A stretch of DNA of 39,195 nt from Cyanophora paradoxa CCMP329. Its lineage: Eukaryota > Plantae > Glaucophyta. The DNA lies in the NCBI GenBank assembly GCA_004431415.1, contig QPMI01000450.1:1-39195 (forward strand). The letters are read 5' to 3'. A program made the translations under genes and the position numbers. The notes below the pieces were generated by a model that was not told the origin of the DNA, did not search any database, and was given only the letters and a program-made list of their open reading frames with translations. Shown in pieces: positions 18,206-30,524 of the stretch (positions are counted from its first letter, which is position 1; each line of letters starts with the position of its first letter).

Positions 18206-20179
18206 ATGCCTCCGAAGCGCCGAGGCCGTAAGAAGAAGCCGGAGAGCGAGTCCGAGGGGTCGGCGTACGAGGAAGAGGAGAAGCCAGAATCGGAATCAGA
18301 GGAAGAGGTAGAAGAGGAAGAGGCCGAGGATGAGCCGAAGCCAAAGGGGAAGCGGGGGAAGAAGATGAAGGAAAAGAAATACAACGAGCTCGATATGCCC
18401 ATAGTCGAAATTCCAAAGCGGGCCGTGCTGGTCGAGGGCGAAAACGGGCAGATCATCGAAATGCAGAAGGGCATCCCGGATGTAGTTAAAATTCTCGAGG
18501 ATCCGATCACGCGCGTGCAGGTACCGGAAACCACTGCGCTCGACGCCTACTACAAAGATGCCACGTTCTGGAGCATCCACAGCAAGCAGTTCTACGACGC
18601 GCTGCCCGAGGAGCGCCTGCGGGCCATCCCGCGCGCCTTCCAGAGCGCCCAAAAATCGCCGCCCGTCTGCTACCGCTGCCTGCGCCTCATGTACGAAATC
18701 CCGAGCATACCCCGCAAAAAGGGCACCGCGGAGGCCGTCGCGGAGGCGACCGCGAAGAAGGAGGCCGCGTACGCCGATTACGCGAAAAAGGTCGACAAGG
18801 CAAACGAGTGGGCGAAGGCGCAAAGGCCAAAAAACAAGTACCCCCCGATCAAAGACAAGAAGCCCGCGCAGCTGCCCCCGGTGTACCCGAAGAACTCGTG
18901 GCTCTGCATGCAGTGCTACCGATTCCTGGACGATCGCGGCCTCCTCGCGAATTTGGGCCTGCAGCGGCGCAAGAGGGGCGACACCACGGCCGTGTCGGCG
19001 CAGGCGCAGAATCAGATGGCGCAGACGGTGCTGGGCGGCCCGAAGACGAAGGCCTCGAAATCCGCCAAGGATATGGCCGCCGCCTTCGGCCAGTCGACCA
19101 TCGCGCCGGGTTCGGGCCAGGAGAAAATTAGGAAGCAGGATATCGCCGCGCCCGACATGAGCAGGATCGACGAGATCCTAAGGAAATCGACGGAGGTGAG
19201 GGAGAACATAGAAAAGACGAAAACGGGGCTGCAGGCCGCGAGGGCCAACGGGCTGGAGGCGCTCGAAAAGGTCATCACCGAAATCAACGAGACGGGCCGC
19301 TCGGTTTTCATCCTCAACAAAAAGAACGCCGACGGCAGCACGCGCTACGATATTCGACAGGCGCGCCAGTCGCGGTACTGGGTGCTCTTCAACACACACA
19401 AGAGGCTGGGCGCCGCGAGAGAATTCGAGGTGGAGGCCTTCCGCGGCAGCCTGGCCCAGGTGCTCTCGGACGCCGAATTCTACAAGTTCATTCGATTTAA
19501 TTTAAAGGAAGAGGACGGCAAGTACAAGGACGATACCTTTGCAAACGCCATCATCGGAATTCGCGTGCAGGGGGGCGTGGAAGTGGGGCCGACCGACGGC
19601 TGCTTGCACGCCCACGTGCTCGTCACGATCGACCACATATCGAACCTGCAGGTGCTCTGGGCAAAGTACGATTGGGTCGTGGTACTCAAGGAAAAGGAGC
19701 CGGGTACGACAACCGTCTACGAGAGGCTGGGCGAAATTCTGGCCGGCAAATTCGCGGAGGCCGGAAGGAGGCTGGTGGAGCAGCTGCAGCAAGAGGCGGG
19801 GCAGGACGCGGAGAGAATCCTGCAGAACGCGGAGCTCATCGACGACCTGAACCGGGGGAGAATCGGCATGGGAAAAGACCCGCCCACCATCCTCGCCGAG
19901 CTGATTCCGGAGGAAAATTACGGCGGGCGGCTGCAGGAGTACCTCACGAAGACGCTGCCCGAGACGCAGCGGCGCGACCTGCTGAAGCAGTGGTCGCACG
20001 CGCGCAACCAGAATAACACCGACAACAACACGGACGGCTACCTCTTCTCCATCTTCCAGACGGAGTCCGCCCCTCGGACGATCCGCGCTTCGCGCCGCAG
20101 GCCGCCGAGATCGGAGGGCTGGGCCGCGGGCGCGGAAAGGGCAAGGGGCGCGGAAGGGGCAGGGGCCGCGGTTAATTAA
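18206..20179 (+). CDS. HUH-superfamily endonuclease, long paralog with N-terminal charged region and two CxxC pairs
   Basis: YWVLFNTH, EVGPTDGCLHAHVLV, EYLTK; CYRC and CMQC upstream. Confidence 0.8.
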   Translation: MPPKRRGRKKKPESESEGSAYEEEEKPESESEEEVEEEEAEDEPKPKGKRGKKMKEKKYNELDMPIVEIPKRAVLVEGENGQIIEMQKGIPDVVKILEDPITRVQVPETTALDAYYKDATFWSIHSKQFYDALPEERLRAIPRAFQSAQKSPPVCYRCLRLMYEIPSIPRKKGTAEAVAEATAKKEAAYADYAKKVDKANEWAKAQRPKNKYPPIKDKKPAQLPPVYPKNSWLCMQCYRFLDDRGLLANLGLQRRKRGDTTAVSAQAQNQMAQTVLGGPKTKASKSAKDMAAAFGQSTIAPGSGQEKIRKQDIAAPDMSRIDEILRKSTEVRENIEKTKTGLQAARANGLEALEKVITEINETGRSVFILNKKNADGSTRYDIRQARQSRYWVLFNTHKRLGAAREFEVEAFRGSLAQVLSDAEFYKFIRFNLKEEDGKYKDDTFANAIIGIRVQGGVEVGPTDGCLHAHVLVTIDHISNLQVLWAKYDWVVVLKEKEPGTTTVYERLGEILAGKFAEAGRRLVEQLQQEAGQDAERILQNAELIDDLNRGRIGMGKDPPTILAELIPEENYGGRLQEYLTKTLPETQRRDLLKQWSHARNQNNTDNNTDGYLFSIFQTESAPRTIRASRRRPPRSEGWAAGAERARGAEGAGAAVN

Positions 20180-20196
20180 TCTGACGCGCCCGCAAG

Positions 20197-20829
20197 ATGT
20201 TCCAGGGGGAATGCACCCACTCGGACGTCATCACCGTCGTATGCGGCGCGCTCTTCCTGATTTCCGAGCTGCTGGGCGGCACGGAGCGAGTGCGCCCCAA
20301 CACCGTGCTGGGCGCCCTGAAGGCGGCGGCCCTTAGGGTCGTGCGCCGCGGGCAGCCCGAGCCCGAGCCCCCGCCCGAGCAGAGGCGCGAGAGCGTCCAG
20401 AACATAGGCCCGCACCACGTGGACATTCAGATGACGCAGACCGGTACGCGTTTTTTTCTAGAGAACATGGGAAATGGAGACTCCCGCGACACCAGCCCCC
20501 AGCGCCGAGGATCAATCGTCCACCAACACCAGCACCAGCAGCAGCACCACGGCCTACCCTTGGCTTCTTAGGACTTACGCGCGAAAGAAGCAGCAGCAGC
20601 CGAAGGCACCGGCGGAAATGGCGGCTGACCTGGATCGGTGCACCCGCCGCGCCATCGCGAGCTACGCCAAGCGGGTCGAGCAGTACCACCCCAGATGGCA
20701 GAGGACGCCAGGGCGTACGCGAAAAACCCCGCCGCGAGCCCGCCCGTGATGGCCGCCGTCATCGACCGGCTGCAGTGGGCGCTGCACGAGGAGGGAGAGC
20801 GCGTCAGGAATTTCTTCATGCCCAAGTAA
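20197..20829 (+). CDS. One or two small hypothetical proteins (ORFs 20197.., 20474.., 20638..; the latter two probably joined by a frameshift)
   Basis: Hydrophobic N-terminal ORF; TTTTTTCTA motif before ~20467-20474; protein-like sequence switches frame near 20695. Confidence 0.45.
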
Positions 20830-20857
20830 ATTTCTGAAAGGGGCCTTAAACCCGAGA

Positions 20858-21046
20858 ATGATGTCCCTGCCGAGCCTCGACAACATCCTCAGCGATTCGC
20901 GCTACCTGGGCAGCCTCCTGACCCTCGGCGCCGTTGCGTACATGTCGCCCGCGCGCTACTACCTGCTGCGGATCCTCCTCGCACAATTCGCGGGCTACTA
21001 CTTCGTGGGGCCCACCCTCCTGAACATGGGACCGAAGCGGGCTTAA
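20858..21046 (+). CDS. Small membrane protein
   Basis: 62 aa, two hydrophobic stretches; AATTTCTGA upstream. Confidence 0.65.
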   Translation: MMSLPSLDNILSDSRYLGSLLTLGAVAYMSPARYYLLRILLAQFAGYYFVGPTLLNMGPKRA

Positions 21047-21075
21047 TTTCTCAGCCCCTCCTAAGGCCCTAAATA

Positions 21076-21525
21076 ATGTCCTGCGTTAACCTCTACGTCC
21101 AGTCGAACGGAGAGACGCAGGATTCCGAGGGCTTCTGGCGCCTCAGGCTGAACCAGATCCCCTCCGACATCGACACGCTGCAGATCAAGGGAGTCTACCT
21201 GGAGCTGGACACGACCGCGATTCCGGACCCCACCGCCGCGAAAACCGTAAACGTGCTGCTGATGGACGTGCCCGATTTGAACGTCACGACCATCTCGAAC
21301 GTGAACGCGTGCATCAACAAGGTCGTGATTCCGACGTGGGGCCACGACGGCCTGGAAAACACCATCCTTTACTGGTTCGAGGTGCCCATGGCCGTGCGCC
21401 CGAATTACGTCGCGTACGACAAATTCCAGGAGCTGCGCGTGCGCTTCACCGACATCACGGGCGCCACCAAGAAGAACAACGCCTTCATCGTCAAGAACTT
21501 CGGCCTCTGGGCCTACGCTAAGTAG
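21076..21525 (+). CDS. Beta-rich protein, candidate minor capsid/penton-like
   Basis: 149 aa; 'FWRLRL..I..IDTLQIKGVYL' and 'KFQELRVRFTDITG' resemble single-jelly-roll minor capsid patterns (weak). Confidence 0.5.
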   Translation: MSCVNLYVQSNGETQDSEGFWRLRLNQIPSDIDTLQIKGVYLELDTTAIPDPTAAKTVNVLLMDVPDLNVTTISNVNACINKVVIPTWGHDGLENTILYWFEVPMAVRPNYVAYDKFQELRVRFTDITGATKKNNAFIVKNFGLWAYAK

Positions 21526-21553
21526 GCCGACTAGATTTTCGCAGGCCCCTTAA

Positions 21554-22029
21554 ATGCGCCTGATCATATTCCCGCGAAAGGGCTCGGGCGTCAAGACGCG
21601 TACCTTTACGGGCGTGCCTGGCTACCCCTCGCCCCTTACTTACAGAGTCGATCTTGTAACCGCCTCTGGTCCAATTAAATACGGGCTGCTGCACAGCCTC
21701 AGTCACATCCGTCTCGGTGAGAGCGCATGGCAGGACTTGGCCTTAATCGTAGAATTCGAGTACAGGGGGTAGACACGCTAATGGGCGATCACTTTTACAG
21801 GGTACGGGTAGCAAGGGAGGGGTACTCGCTGCCGAACGGCACGGGTGGGGAATACTGGGAGCCAAAGATTCGCGACGCCTCCGAGGCCTACCGCTGGCTG
21901 CGTGACGAGCAGATCACTATCAGGCCCGATTACCCCTACGCCGACGTTTTCTGGCAGGTGCCCGTGGGCCGCTGGACAACGGGCGAGGTGAGCGGCAAGC
22001 TGAAGTGGACGTGGGACGCGGAGCATTAG
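21554..22029 (+). CDS. Hypothetical protein(s); ORFs 21554..21772 and 21727..22029, possibly one frameshifted gene
   Basis: Single upstream ATTTTCG motif; overlapping co-oriented ORFs. Confidence 0.5.
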
Positions 22030-22054
22030 TTAATTTTTCTCTCTCGCGGATAAA

Positions 22055-25000
22055 ATGTCGATGCTCGACGACCCCTGGCGCATGGCCATCCCGAATCCGG
22101 ACGAGGTGCTGAACGGTGCCTTCGCGATAGACGGGAGCCTGAGCGTGAGGGGAATTTACGCGGATGAGATAAGGCTGCGCAAGGGCGCGACCTACAGCGA
22201 TTTCCTGACGTCCGTCGGTACCTTGGACGATTACGGTGACCTCACCGCAATTATCAAGGGGCTCTGGGGCGTGACGACCGAGACGGGCGTGGACTGGAAC
22301 ATTATCAAGAGGGCGGCCGACGTGAAAATCGCAAACTCGGTCACCGCAAAGGATGCCACCCTGAACCTCGTGAAACTGACTCTAAAGGGGCAGAGGGAGA
22401 CGTGAGGCCCGGGTACAACGCACTCGAGCGCATCGCGGGCCCCTGCGCCACATCTACTGGAGCCGCCAGGCGCTGCCGAGCATGGAGCCCGAGCAGTACA
22501 GGCGCGACAGGGAGGAGTTTTTCGCGTGGTTCGACCACTTCAAGGTCAACATCCGCGCCCTGAGCGCCGACAGGACGGGCGAGACGCCGGAGACGACGGG
22601 CGGGGCCGCATCCCAACGGCGCCCGACGTGCTCCCCGATCGCTCGGACTGGGCGAAGACGCAGAACTGGGCGCTGAAGGACCACTTCCACGACGAGAGGT
22701 ACGCCCTCGTCAAGCACCCGCACGTGAAGGCCGACATCACGGACTGGGCGCACCGCCACCTGTACGACGACATCATCGGCGGGCCCAAGGTGCCGGGTGC
22801 GATTCCGGGTGGGGTACGGGTGGTGGAAGCACGGGAGGTGGGGTACAGGCACCGGGGTGGGGGTACAGGCACCGGGGGTGGGGTACAGGCACGGGGGCGG
22901 AGGGGGCTCCAGCGGCACGCCAGTGGGCGGGGGCGGGGCAGCAGCGGCTCGGGTGGCGGCGGCTCAGGCGGGGAGGGCATGGATAAGGTAGCAGGCCTCG
23001 CCACTTCAACGGCCATCTTCGGGGCGCCCTCATCGTAGGCGGCATCAAATACTACAAGGATCGGAAGGGGTTCGTGAGGCAAATCGACGAGCTGAACGCG
23101 AGACCCCCATTAAATTCGATACCGAGGACGCGCAGCGCGAGTACTACAAACTCGAGAACGAAAAGAAGCAATGGAGCGAGCTGAAAGACAAGGAAATGAC
23201 AGAGGTCGCGGAGAAGAAGGCGGAAGCGAACAAGCTGATGACAGACGCGCAAAGGCAGGAAGAGAGCGCCCTCACCGCGCTAAGGTCGGCAGAGCGCCAG
23301 GTCGCGGAAGAGCGCACGAAAATGATACTCGACGCCGAGGAGGAGCTGAAGAGGATAAACGAGCAAAGGGAAGCCGCCAAGGCGAAAAAGCTGCAGGAAA
23401 TTGAAGCGCTGACCGCAGGCACCGAGCTGCTTGAGGCGCAGAGGAAAGAGATCGAGGATAGGAAGAAGAAATTGGAAAAGGAGGCAGAGACGAGAAGGCA
23501 GCTGCTGGAAGAGGAAGAGGAAACGAGGAGAAAGGCAGGAGAGCTGCAAACGGGGGCGGTGCAGGAGGCGAACAGGCTCCGGGAGGAAATCAAAAATTTA
23601 AAGGAGGCCGCCGAGCGCGCGGACGAGCAGTCGAAAAAATTCAAGGCCAACGCGGACGAGCTGGCACAGAGGCTGCTCAAGTACGCGGCCACGGCAGAGG
23701 CTCGCTCGCCCATGGGGACGGCCGAGACGCAGACGACGCCGAGGCCCGATCCGAGGCCGGCCGCCGAGAGGCTGCCCTTCGCGCGGCTGGGTAGGAGCGA
23801 CCAGGTGGAAGAGCTCATTGGCCTCACGCTCGAGGATCAGAGGGCCCTCTTCGACGCGTTAGAGCAGCGGCGCAGGGCGGACGAGGAGGCAGCTGCCAAG
23901 ACAGAAGAGGAACGACTGAAGGCAATGCAAACTGCATCAGACGAGGAATTTGCACGGCTGGAGGAGCCGAAGGTAGCGGAGCGTAAGCGACGACTGGAGA
24001 CGTTCAGGGGGCGCAGATGGATTTTTACCGCTCGGAGCTCAAAAAACTGAAAGAAGGAAATGCATCGGGGACAGGGTCCGCGCCATGGAAGAGAACATGC
24101 GCGACTTTAGCTACGTTATGGATCAGCTGACGGGAAGGGGTCAGAAAGACGCCGAAGAACTGAGGAGAAAGATGGCCGATGAGAAGTGGAAAAACTTTGA
24201 GCGTCAGGCTGTTCAGAGGCCCATCAGCGATGCCATCTGGATAGCATACGGCGACGTGGAGGAGATGCACCGCGAACTGCGGACGGAAGTGAGCCTATGG
24301 CGGGGAGCCCTCGAATGGTCACTGTACCGGATGCAAAAGGGAAAGTTTGTGGCAGAGCTGCGAGCCAATCCGAAAACGGTGAGCGCGGGCGCACAGAGCG
24401 CGTACCTCTCCATGGTCGATTACGTGGGCAAGCTGAGCAAATTTTGGGAAATGCGAAGAGCCATCATTCCAGCGGAGGGGCTCGCGCAGTACGATGCCAT
24501 GGTGCGCGATCTGGAGGCCTTCAAACGTGAGCACCCACCCGCCAAATACAAGATTCACATAGATACGACGGCATTCATGGGCGATCTAAGGAAGAGAGGA
24601 GACGAGGCCAAGAGTCAGATCGAGGAGCGCTACAGAAAGGCCCAAGCGGACAAGGAGTACGCAAACAGGGTGATTGAAGAGCGGAAGCAGCAGGCGAAGG
24701 AGAACGCGGCGAGACGCAACGCCGAGATAGAAGAGCAGAGGCGGAAGATCGCAGAGCGCAAGGCGGCAGAGGAAGAGGCAAGAAAGACCAAGGTAGAGAC
24801 AGAGTACCAAGCATTGAAACGGGAGGCCAATCAAATATTAAAACGAAGGGAAGGGCGTACGCCGATGAGGGCGCGGGCGTCGGCTTGGCCAGCCCAGACG
24901 ACATCACACTCGCGGAGAGGGACGACGTTTCCGTGGAGGAGATGCGCCCGGGCACCGCCCGCCTGCCCTCCGAGGGCGTGTTTCAGACGCTCGACAGGCG

Positions 25001-27243
25001 CGTGATGGGCGACTCGGACGTTATTTTGCGCAACGCCCTCATGCCCTACGGCGACTGGAACCGCGCCACCGCCGACGCCCTCGCCGATTTCGACCTCGAG
25101 CGATTCACCACCAAAGAGCAGCGCGACGCGTACCTGGGGCGCCCGAGGGCAAGGCGGCCCGGGTGGCCAAGGAGGCCCTCAGCGCCGAGACGCTCTTCTC
25201 GGCGGCGGGTACGGCGAACAACGACGGCATGTCTTTCGGGGCAGCCGATTTATTTCAGGGGGCGGGCATCGACTTGGTGGGCGCCGGGCTCGGGGTACGG
25301 GCTCGCGGGCCATGCGGCGGGCGGGCGCGGCGGCGGCGGGCCTTGGGCTGGCGACGGCCGGCGGCCTGCTCTCGGCCTACCAGGCGCTCTCGCAGGGCAA
25401 GATAGGGGAGGCCGAGTTCTTCGATACGTTCCGCGATCAGATGATCATGACGGTCGGCTCTTTTGGCCTTCAGACGGGCATGTCGTCCGCCCTGAGCGCC
25501 CTCACGAAAATGAGGATCGGCACGGTGGGCGGACTTGGCCTGTCCATCCTCGCGGGCGCCATCGCGCAGGTGATCGTGGATATCATCAACGGGCGCAGCG
25601 CGGAAGAAATCGTGAAGAACTTTTTCAAGTACCCCGTCGACTGGGCGACCGACACCATACAGTTCATCGCGGAGCTCTCGCAACAGATCTACGACTGGGG
25701 CGTCGAGACGTGGGGCGACGAGGCGAGCCAGCTGCGCAACCGAATTAATCGGCTGGAGGGCGAGCTGGGCTCCGGATTTTTGGGTGTGTACGACCCCTCG
25801 GAGGCGCGCGAAATGGCCTCGCTCTTGGCCCAGGAGCTGCGGTTAAACGAAATCAAGGAGCCGAAGGAGCTGCAGGCCTTCATTCGCGCGCTCGACAACA
25901 GCATCAACGATTACCGTACCCCAAGGACCAGAAGACCCTGCTCGAAATCGATCGCGCGACCGTGCTCTTCCTCTCCCAGCTCACCGTTAAAATGCAGGAG
26001 GGCTTCGGGTCGACTTCGCTCGCCCTGAGTCGACTTATGCGCGACCTGAAGCAGATGATAAAGGAGGAGACCAAGGGGCGGAAGCGCGTCTTAATTGCCG
26101 TCTACCAGGAGGGCCTCAACAGGATCAATCACATCGAAGCCCTAAGGCGCGAATTCGGCTCGGCCATCCGTCACTCGGGCGTCTCGTCGAACGGAGGGGC
26201 GCAGGTGGCCCGCCTGGCGGACGCCAACTCGCGCCTCGAGATTCCCGGGACCTTCCGCATGCAGGATTGGTGGGAGGCCGAGGCCTTCAGGAATTACGGG
26301 GCCTTCATAGACAACGGGATCAATTCGCAGAGCCCCAAGGCAAACTGGCTGGTACCCAAGGCCTACGTCGATAAATTGGTTGACAGGCCTGCAGCACCAT
26401 ACACCAAGAAGATCGCCAAAGGCATCGAGTACTGGGCGCCCGAGCCAGGCCAGCCCGTGTTTGCATCGCAGAACTACGAGTGGCACATGGCGCCGGGGGC
26501 GAGCCAGGCCGTGAGCACCGTGGGCGTTGCCGTGCCGCAGCTGGCGACGGTGGCACACACGGGGCGTATGCAGATCTCAGCGGGAGGCCGACGATACCCG
26601 TGATACCAACAACGTGGGCGTGGGATAGCATCACGGGGAAGCCGAGTACGTATCCCCACGCAGACCACCAGCACACCATCTCTCAGATCAGCGACTGGAC
26701 GGCCCCGGACTTGACGAACATCTCCGTGGATTGGGACAACGTAACGGGCAAGCCACTTACCTTCCCCCCTCTACACACAGTCACAATGTGTACTGGGATA
26801 ATGTCATCGACCGACCCACTTCCTTCCCACCCTCTACGCACAGTCACACAGAGTACTCGCTCACCAGCCACGGGCACAGAAACGTGAACATGGATGCGTA
26901 CATAACGCACGGCACGTCCTTCCACTCCTACGCTGCGTACACGGAGTTTAACATCAATTCAACATACACGGTGACGTTCAACATTACATTCGGACAGGCG
27001 TACGACACTGGAGGCGGACTGGGGACCCCAGCAAACCCAACGCCGGTTATTAACGTAACCCCCTCGTTCGACATCAATCCCGGCGGCAGCACGGATGTCG
27101 ATTTCTACGGGGCCAACGTCACGGCGGTGAGTCACACTGGCTTTACAGTTAAAGTGAGATTCCAACCCAGAATGACGGTCACGCCCACCCAAATTGTCCA
27201 GCTTTTTATTCATTGGACCGCGATCGGCAAGCTGCTTATGTAA
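22055..27243 (+). pseudogene. Giant (~1,700 codon) structural gene broken by multiple frameshifts: coiled coil, Gly-rich hydrophobic helices, phage-like fibre repeats, C-terminal fibre-tip domain
   Basis: Consecutive overlapping ORF fragments with no intergenic gaps or promoter motif between 22055 and 27243; WDSITGKPSTYP.DHQH and WDNV.G/D.P.FPPSTHSH repeats; terminal 'TGFTVKVR...IHWTAIG'. Confidence 0.6.
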
Positions 27244-27267
27244 TCGATTTTCTGATGCAATCCAAAA

Positions 27268-28327
27268 ATGTCGGTCGCTGTCCCTCTATTTACCTATGCT
27301 GCCAGCGTGAATCACAAGGGCGATCACACGATTAAGGAGACCACCCTCGGAAACCAGGCCACCGAGGCCCCCTACAACGCCACGGCCGTCCCCTTTTCCG
27401 AGGCCGACCTCGTCCGCGTCGGCGAGCTGCGCTGCGACAAGATGCGCACGCGGGAGGGCGGGTCGGCCGTGCCGGGGCGCGTGAGGACGCAGAGGCTCAC
27501 CGTCACGAACGGGGCCTGGGACGGGAGCGGGTACACCACGAATCAGGTGACCTTTAATGGGACTGTGAACGGGGAGGGGAATGCGGCTCTGTATGTGCAA
27601 GGAGGCGGAGCAAACGTGGTGGGGGGCTTAGGGTGAGCGGGGCTTCAAACTTGGCGGGCATCGTTACATTGGACGATAAGCTGCAAATTACCGGAACGTC
27701 ACCGTACATAAATGGCGGTGGTTCAGGCGTAGCTATAAAGTACAACGAAAACGATAGACTCCTCTGTGGGACTCTTGGCGTTGGTGTTACAGGTACTCTA
27801 TTTACCTCGGCAATCGAAGGCCCTACTAATGGCCTAAGCATAGCAAACACTTCAATCGTTGATAGCGGAAGCGTCAGCTCTGGTCTATCCTTGAGAAACA
27901 ACGGCACCGAACGACTGCTGTGCGGAACCGTCGGCGTTGGCATCACGGGTCGGCTCATCGTCTCGACGCTCACGGGCGATGGAAACCGAGCCGTTTATTC
28001 GGATGCTCAAGGATACCTGACAAACTCGTCGAGCGATAGCCGCCTGAAAGAAAATGTCGCGAGCATGTCGGGCATTCTCCCTCTTCTGCTGCAGCTGAAT
28101 CCCGTGTCGTTCACCTGGAAGAACACATCCTCGGGGGTTCGAAAACGGATTACGGTCTCATCGCACAGGAAGTCCAAGGCGTCTTCCCGAGTCTCGTTTT
28201 CGAGAACGCGGATGGATTTCTCGGGGTAAACTACGACAGGCTCATTTCCCTGTCGTTGAAGGCAATTCAGGAACTTTCACAAGAAGTTCAAACTCTCAAA
28301 GACCAGGTAGCGGCACTGGCGAGCTGA
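27268..28327 (+). pseudogene. Fibre protein with C-terminal peptidase S74-type intramolecular chaperone; two frameshifts (~27630, ~28130)
   Basis: SSDSRLKENV...LLQLNPVSFTWK, then in another frame YGLIAQEVQGVFPSLV..GFLGVNYDRLISLSLKAIQEL...-TGA at 28327. Confidence 0.85.
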
Positions 28328-28347
28328 TCTGGAACAACTAGGAATAA

Positions 28348-30485
28348 CTACACCGCGAGTATCACAATTCGACCGTTGCCACCGTCGCTGAAAGACGAGC
28401 CACCGTTGCCGCCCCTACCAATGCCTGCTGCGTAGTGAGCGTCTCCGCTATTTCCTGCCACCTGGCCGGACCCAGGATACACCGTAGCATCCGTCAAGTT
28501 TCCTATGTAGCTCGAGCCACCGCCACCTCCAAACATTCTTGCTATTGGGTTCTCTGACACTCCGCTCCTGCTGGACCCAGAGCCTCCACCGAAGTAACCA
28601 CCACCACCACCACCACCGAACCTGTAGCCGCTTGAATCAGGCCCAGTCTCTCCACCTTGGCGCAAAGTTCCCGGGTTGCTGGGCCTGGCCCCTGAGGCCA
28701 CAACACCGGCTCCGCCAGCGGTTTGGGTGCCTCCTTGAGCCGGTATCTCTCCGGTTACTCCAACCAACCCAGCCGCACCACCGGTCAACCCCCGCCTACT
28801 CCCCCGCCGCCATTCGAATCACATGTACCCCACCTCCGGCCCCTGCAACAACCAAGTCGGTCCCTGCAACGCGCTGAATTGCAGAACGACCACCACCGGC
28901 GCCGTTTTTGTACTCCGGATCGACGCTATGGCTCCAGCCCCTTCCACCACCTCCGTAGACGGTAGCAGTGGCAGTCCCCGATACACCCTTTGGGCCGCCG
29001 CATCCAACAACAAGGATGAGCGTCTCCCCGAGGACACAGCCAATGTACCAACTACGCAAGCACCCGCGCCTCCACGGACCCCCGTACCTGCGCGTTCTCC
29101 GCCTCCACCCCGGCCGCCCATACGATGACACGCACAGCCACAGTCCCCGTTGGTACTACGAAAGTCTGGTCGGCCCCGGTGTAGGAGAATGTACCCAAAA
29201 CAGGAGCGTTTGCAGTTGTTGCACTGGCAGACGAGGACTGAGGGCCTTCCTCGCCGATCTGGTTGACGCCCTTGATGGTGTAAGTGTAAGTGGTTCCGTA
29301 AACGGTCGTTGTGTCCGAAAAGGGGCTGCTCGTGTCGCTGGCAAGGAACACGCCACCCCTGTAGATGTTGTAGGAGACGGTGACGCCCGTCACCGGCACC
29401 GACCACTCGAGCACAACAGGCTGTGCTGCCCCCGCCGCGGGGGTTGCAGTGAGCCCAGTGGGCGCCCCCGGGTCCGTGGTGACGTACGCCGCAATACTCT
29501 TCGGCCCCTCCCCTCCCGTGTTCGTCGCGGAGATCTGGTACTCGTACCCTGTACCCCAGACGGTGGTCGTGTCGCTGTAGGAGTTGGTCGCGGAGTCTGT
29601 GAGGTAGGCCCCGTCTCTGTAAATCTTGTATCCCGTCGCTCCCGTGGACGCAGTCCAGCTGAGGCTGACAGGCTGCTGCTGGTCGTTGGGTGCTGATGCC
29701 GTCACGTTCGTGGGGGCGTTTGGCATAGTCCAGACCAGGAGCGGATCGGACTTGTCGTATTCGACACCGCCCACGATGCCGGCCACCTGGTAAGAGTATT
29801 CCGTGCCCCACGTAAGAGCAGTGCTATCGTCAATGTACGAGGTAGACAGGGCACTGCTCGCAAATCCGATTGGCGTACCGTTCCTGTAAATTCGAATCGA
29901 GTCCGCGCCCTCCATGGCCACCCAGTTGATTGTGACGACTATGGCGGGTTTCGGGAAGCCCGAAGACGCGGGGCCGCCCCCGGCAATAAAATCGCCGTAG
30001 GTCTGGGCCGTGGCGGTCGTGAGCGTGGTGTAGGCTTCGATCTGCGGGCTGAAGCCGCCTATGCCTTGGAAGAGAATGTAATTGCTCATGGCACCCTCGT
30101 GGGTGTAGAGAAGCGACTGTGCGTAGGTTGTGGGCGGGGCTTTGCCATCAGAGCCCGTGCTGCTGCTGCCCTGTTCGCGAACCGCCGCCACGCGGTAGAG
30201 TCGCTGGGCCCCCAAACTAAAGGGAGAGTCCGTGTAGGTGACGGTTGGCGCATTCACCGTGGCCACGAGATCCCAGGGGCCGTTGATGCTGGTCGCCCTG
30301 TACACCTTGTACTTGACGGCGTTGGTGACCGCGACCCAGTTCAGCTGAAAGCCGTACGTACTGTTCCCGTTGTTGAGCACGGAGCCCGATCGCACCTGGG
30401 GCCTGCCCACAGTCAGCGAGATCGGCTCCACGCCATACTGCGGAGCCTGCACCACCTGCTTTTTCACGAATACGAAGCGGGGCAT
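28348..30485 (-). pseudogene. Fibronectin type III repeat protein with C-terminal ALK/LTK-type glycine-rich domain; frameshifted (~29115, ~28800)
   Basis: Repeated LxW..V.GA..YxIYR..Y.D..YxYxVxA FN3 patterns; then FSYTGADQTFVVP..VIVW, LVVGCGG, GGGRSAI, LVVAGAGGG, GGGGYFGGG, GGGSSYI, GGNGRIVI. Confidence 0.8.
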
Positions 30486-30524
30486 TTTCCTCTACGATCC
30501 GAAAAAATATCTGCCCCGGGGTAA

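Noticed and set aside
22828-22900. Three ~20-bp GGGGTACAGGCAC repeats as a cis element
   Set aside because: Adequately explained as a Gly-Thr linker inside the giant gene
26083-28327. Bacterial prophage origin suggested by tail-fibre and S74 domains
   Set aside because: Surrounding core genes are eukaryotic-virus type, and such domains also occur in eukaryotic DNA viruses
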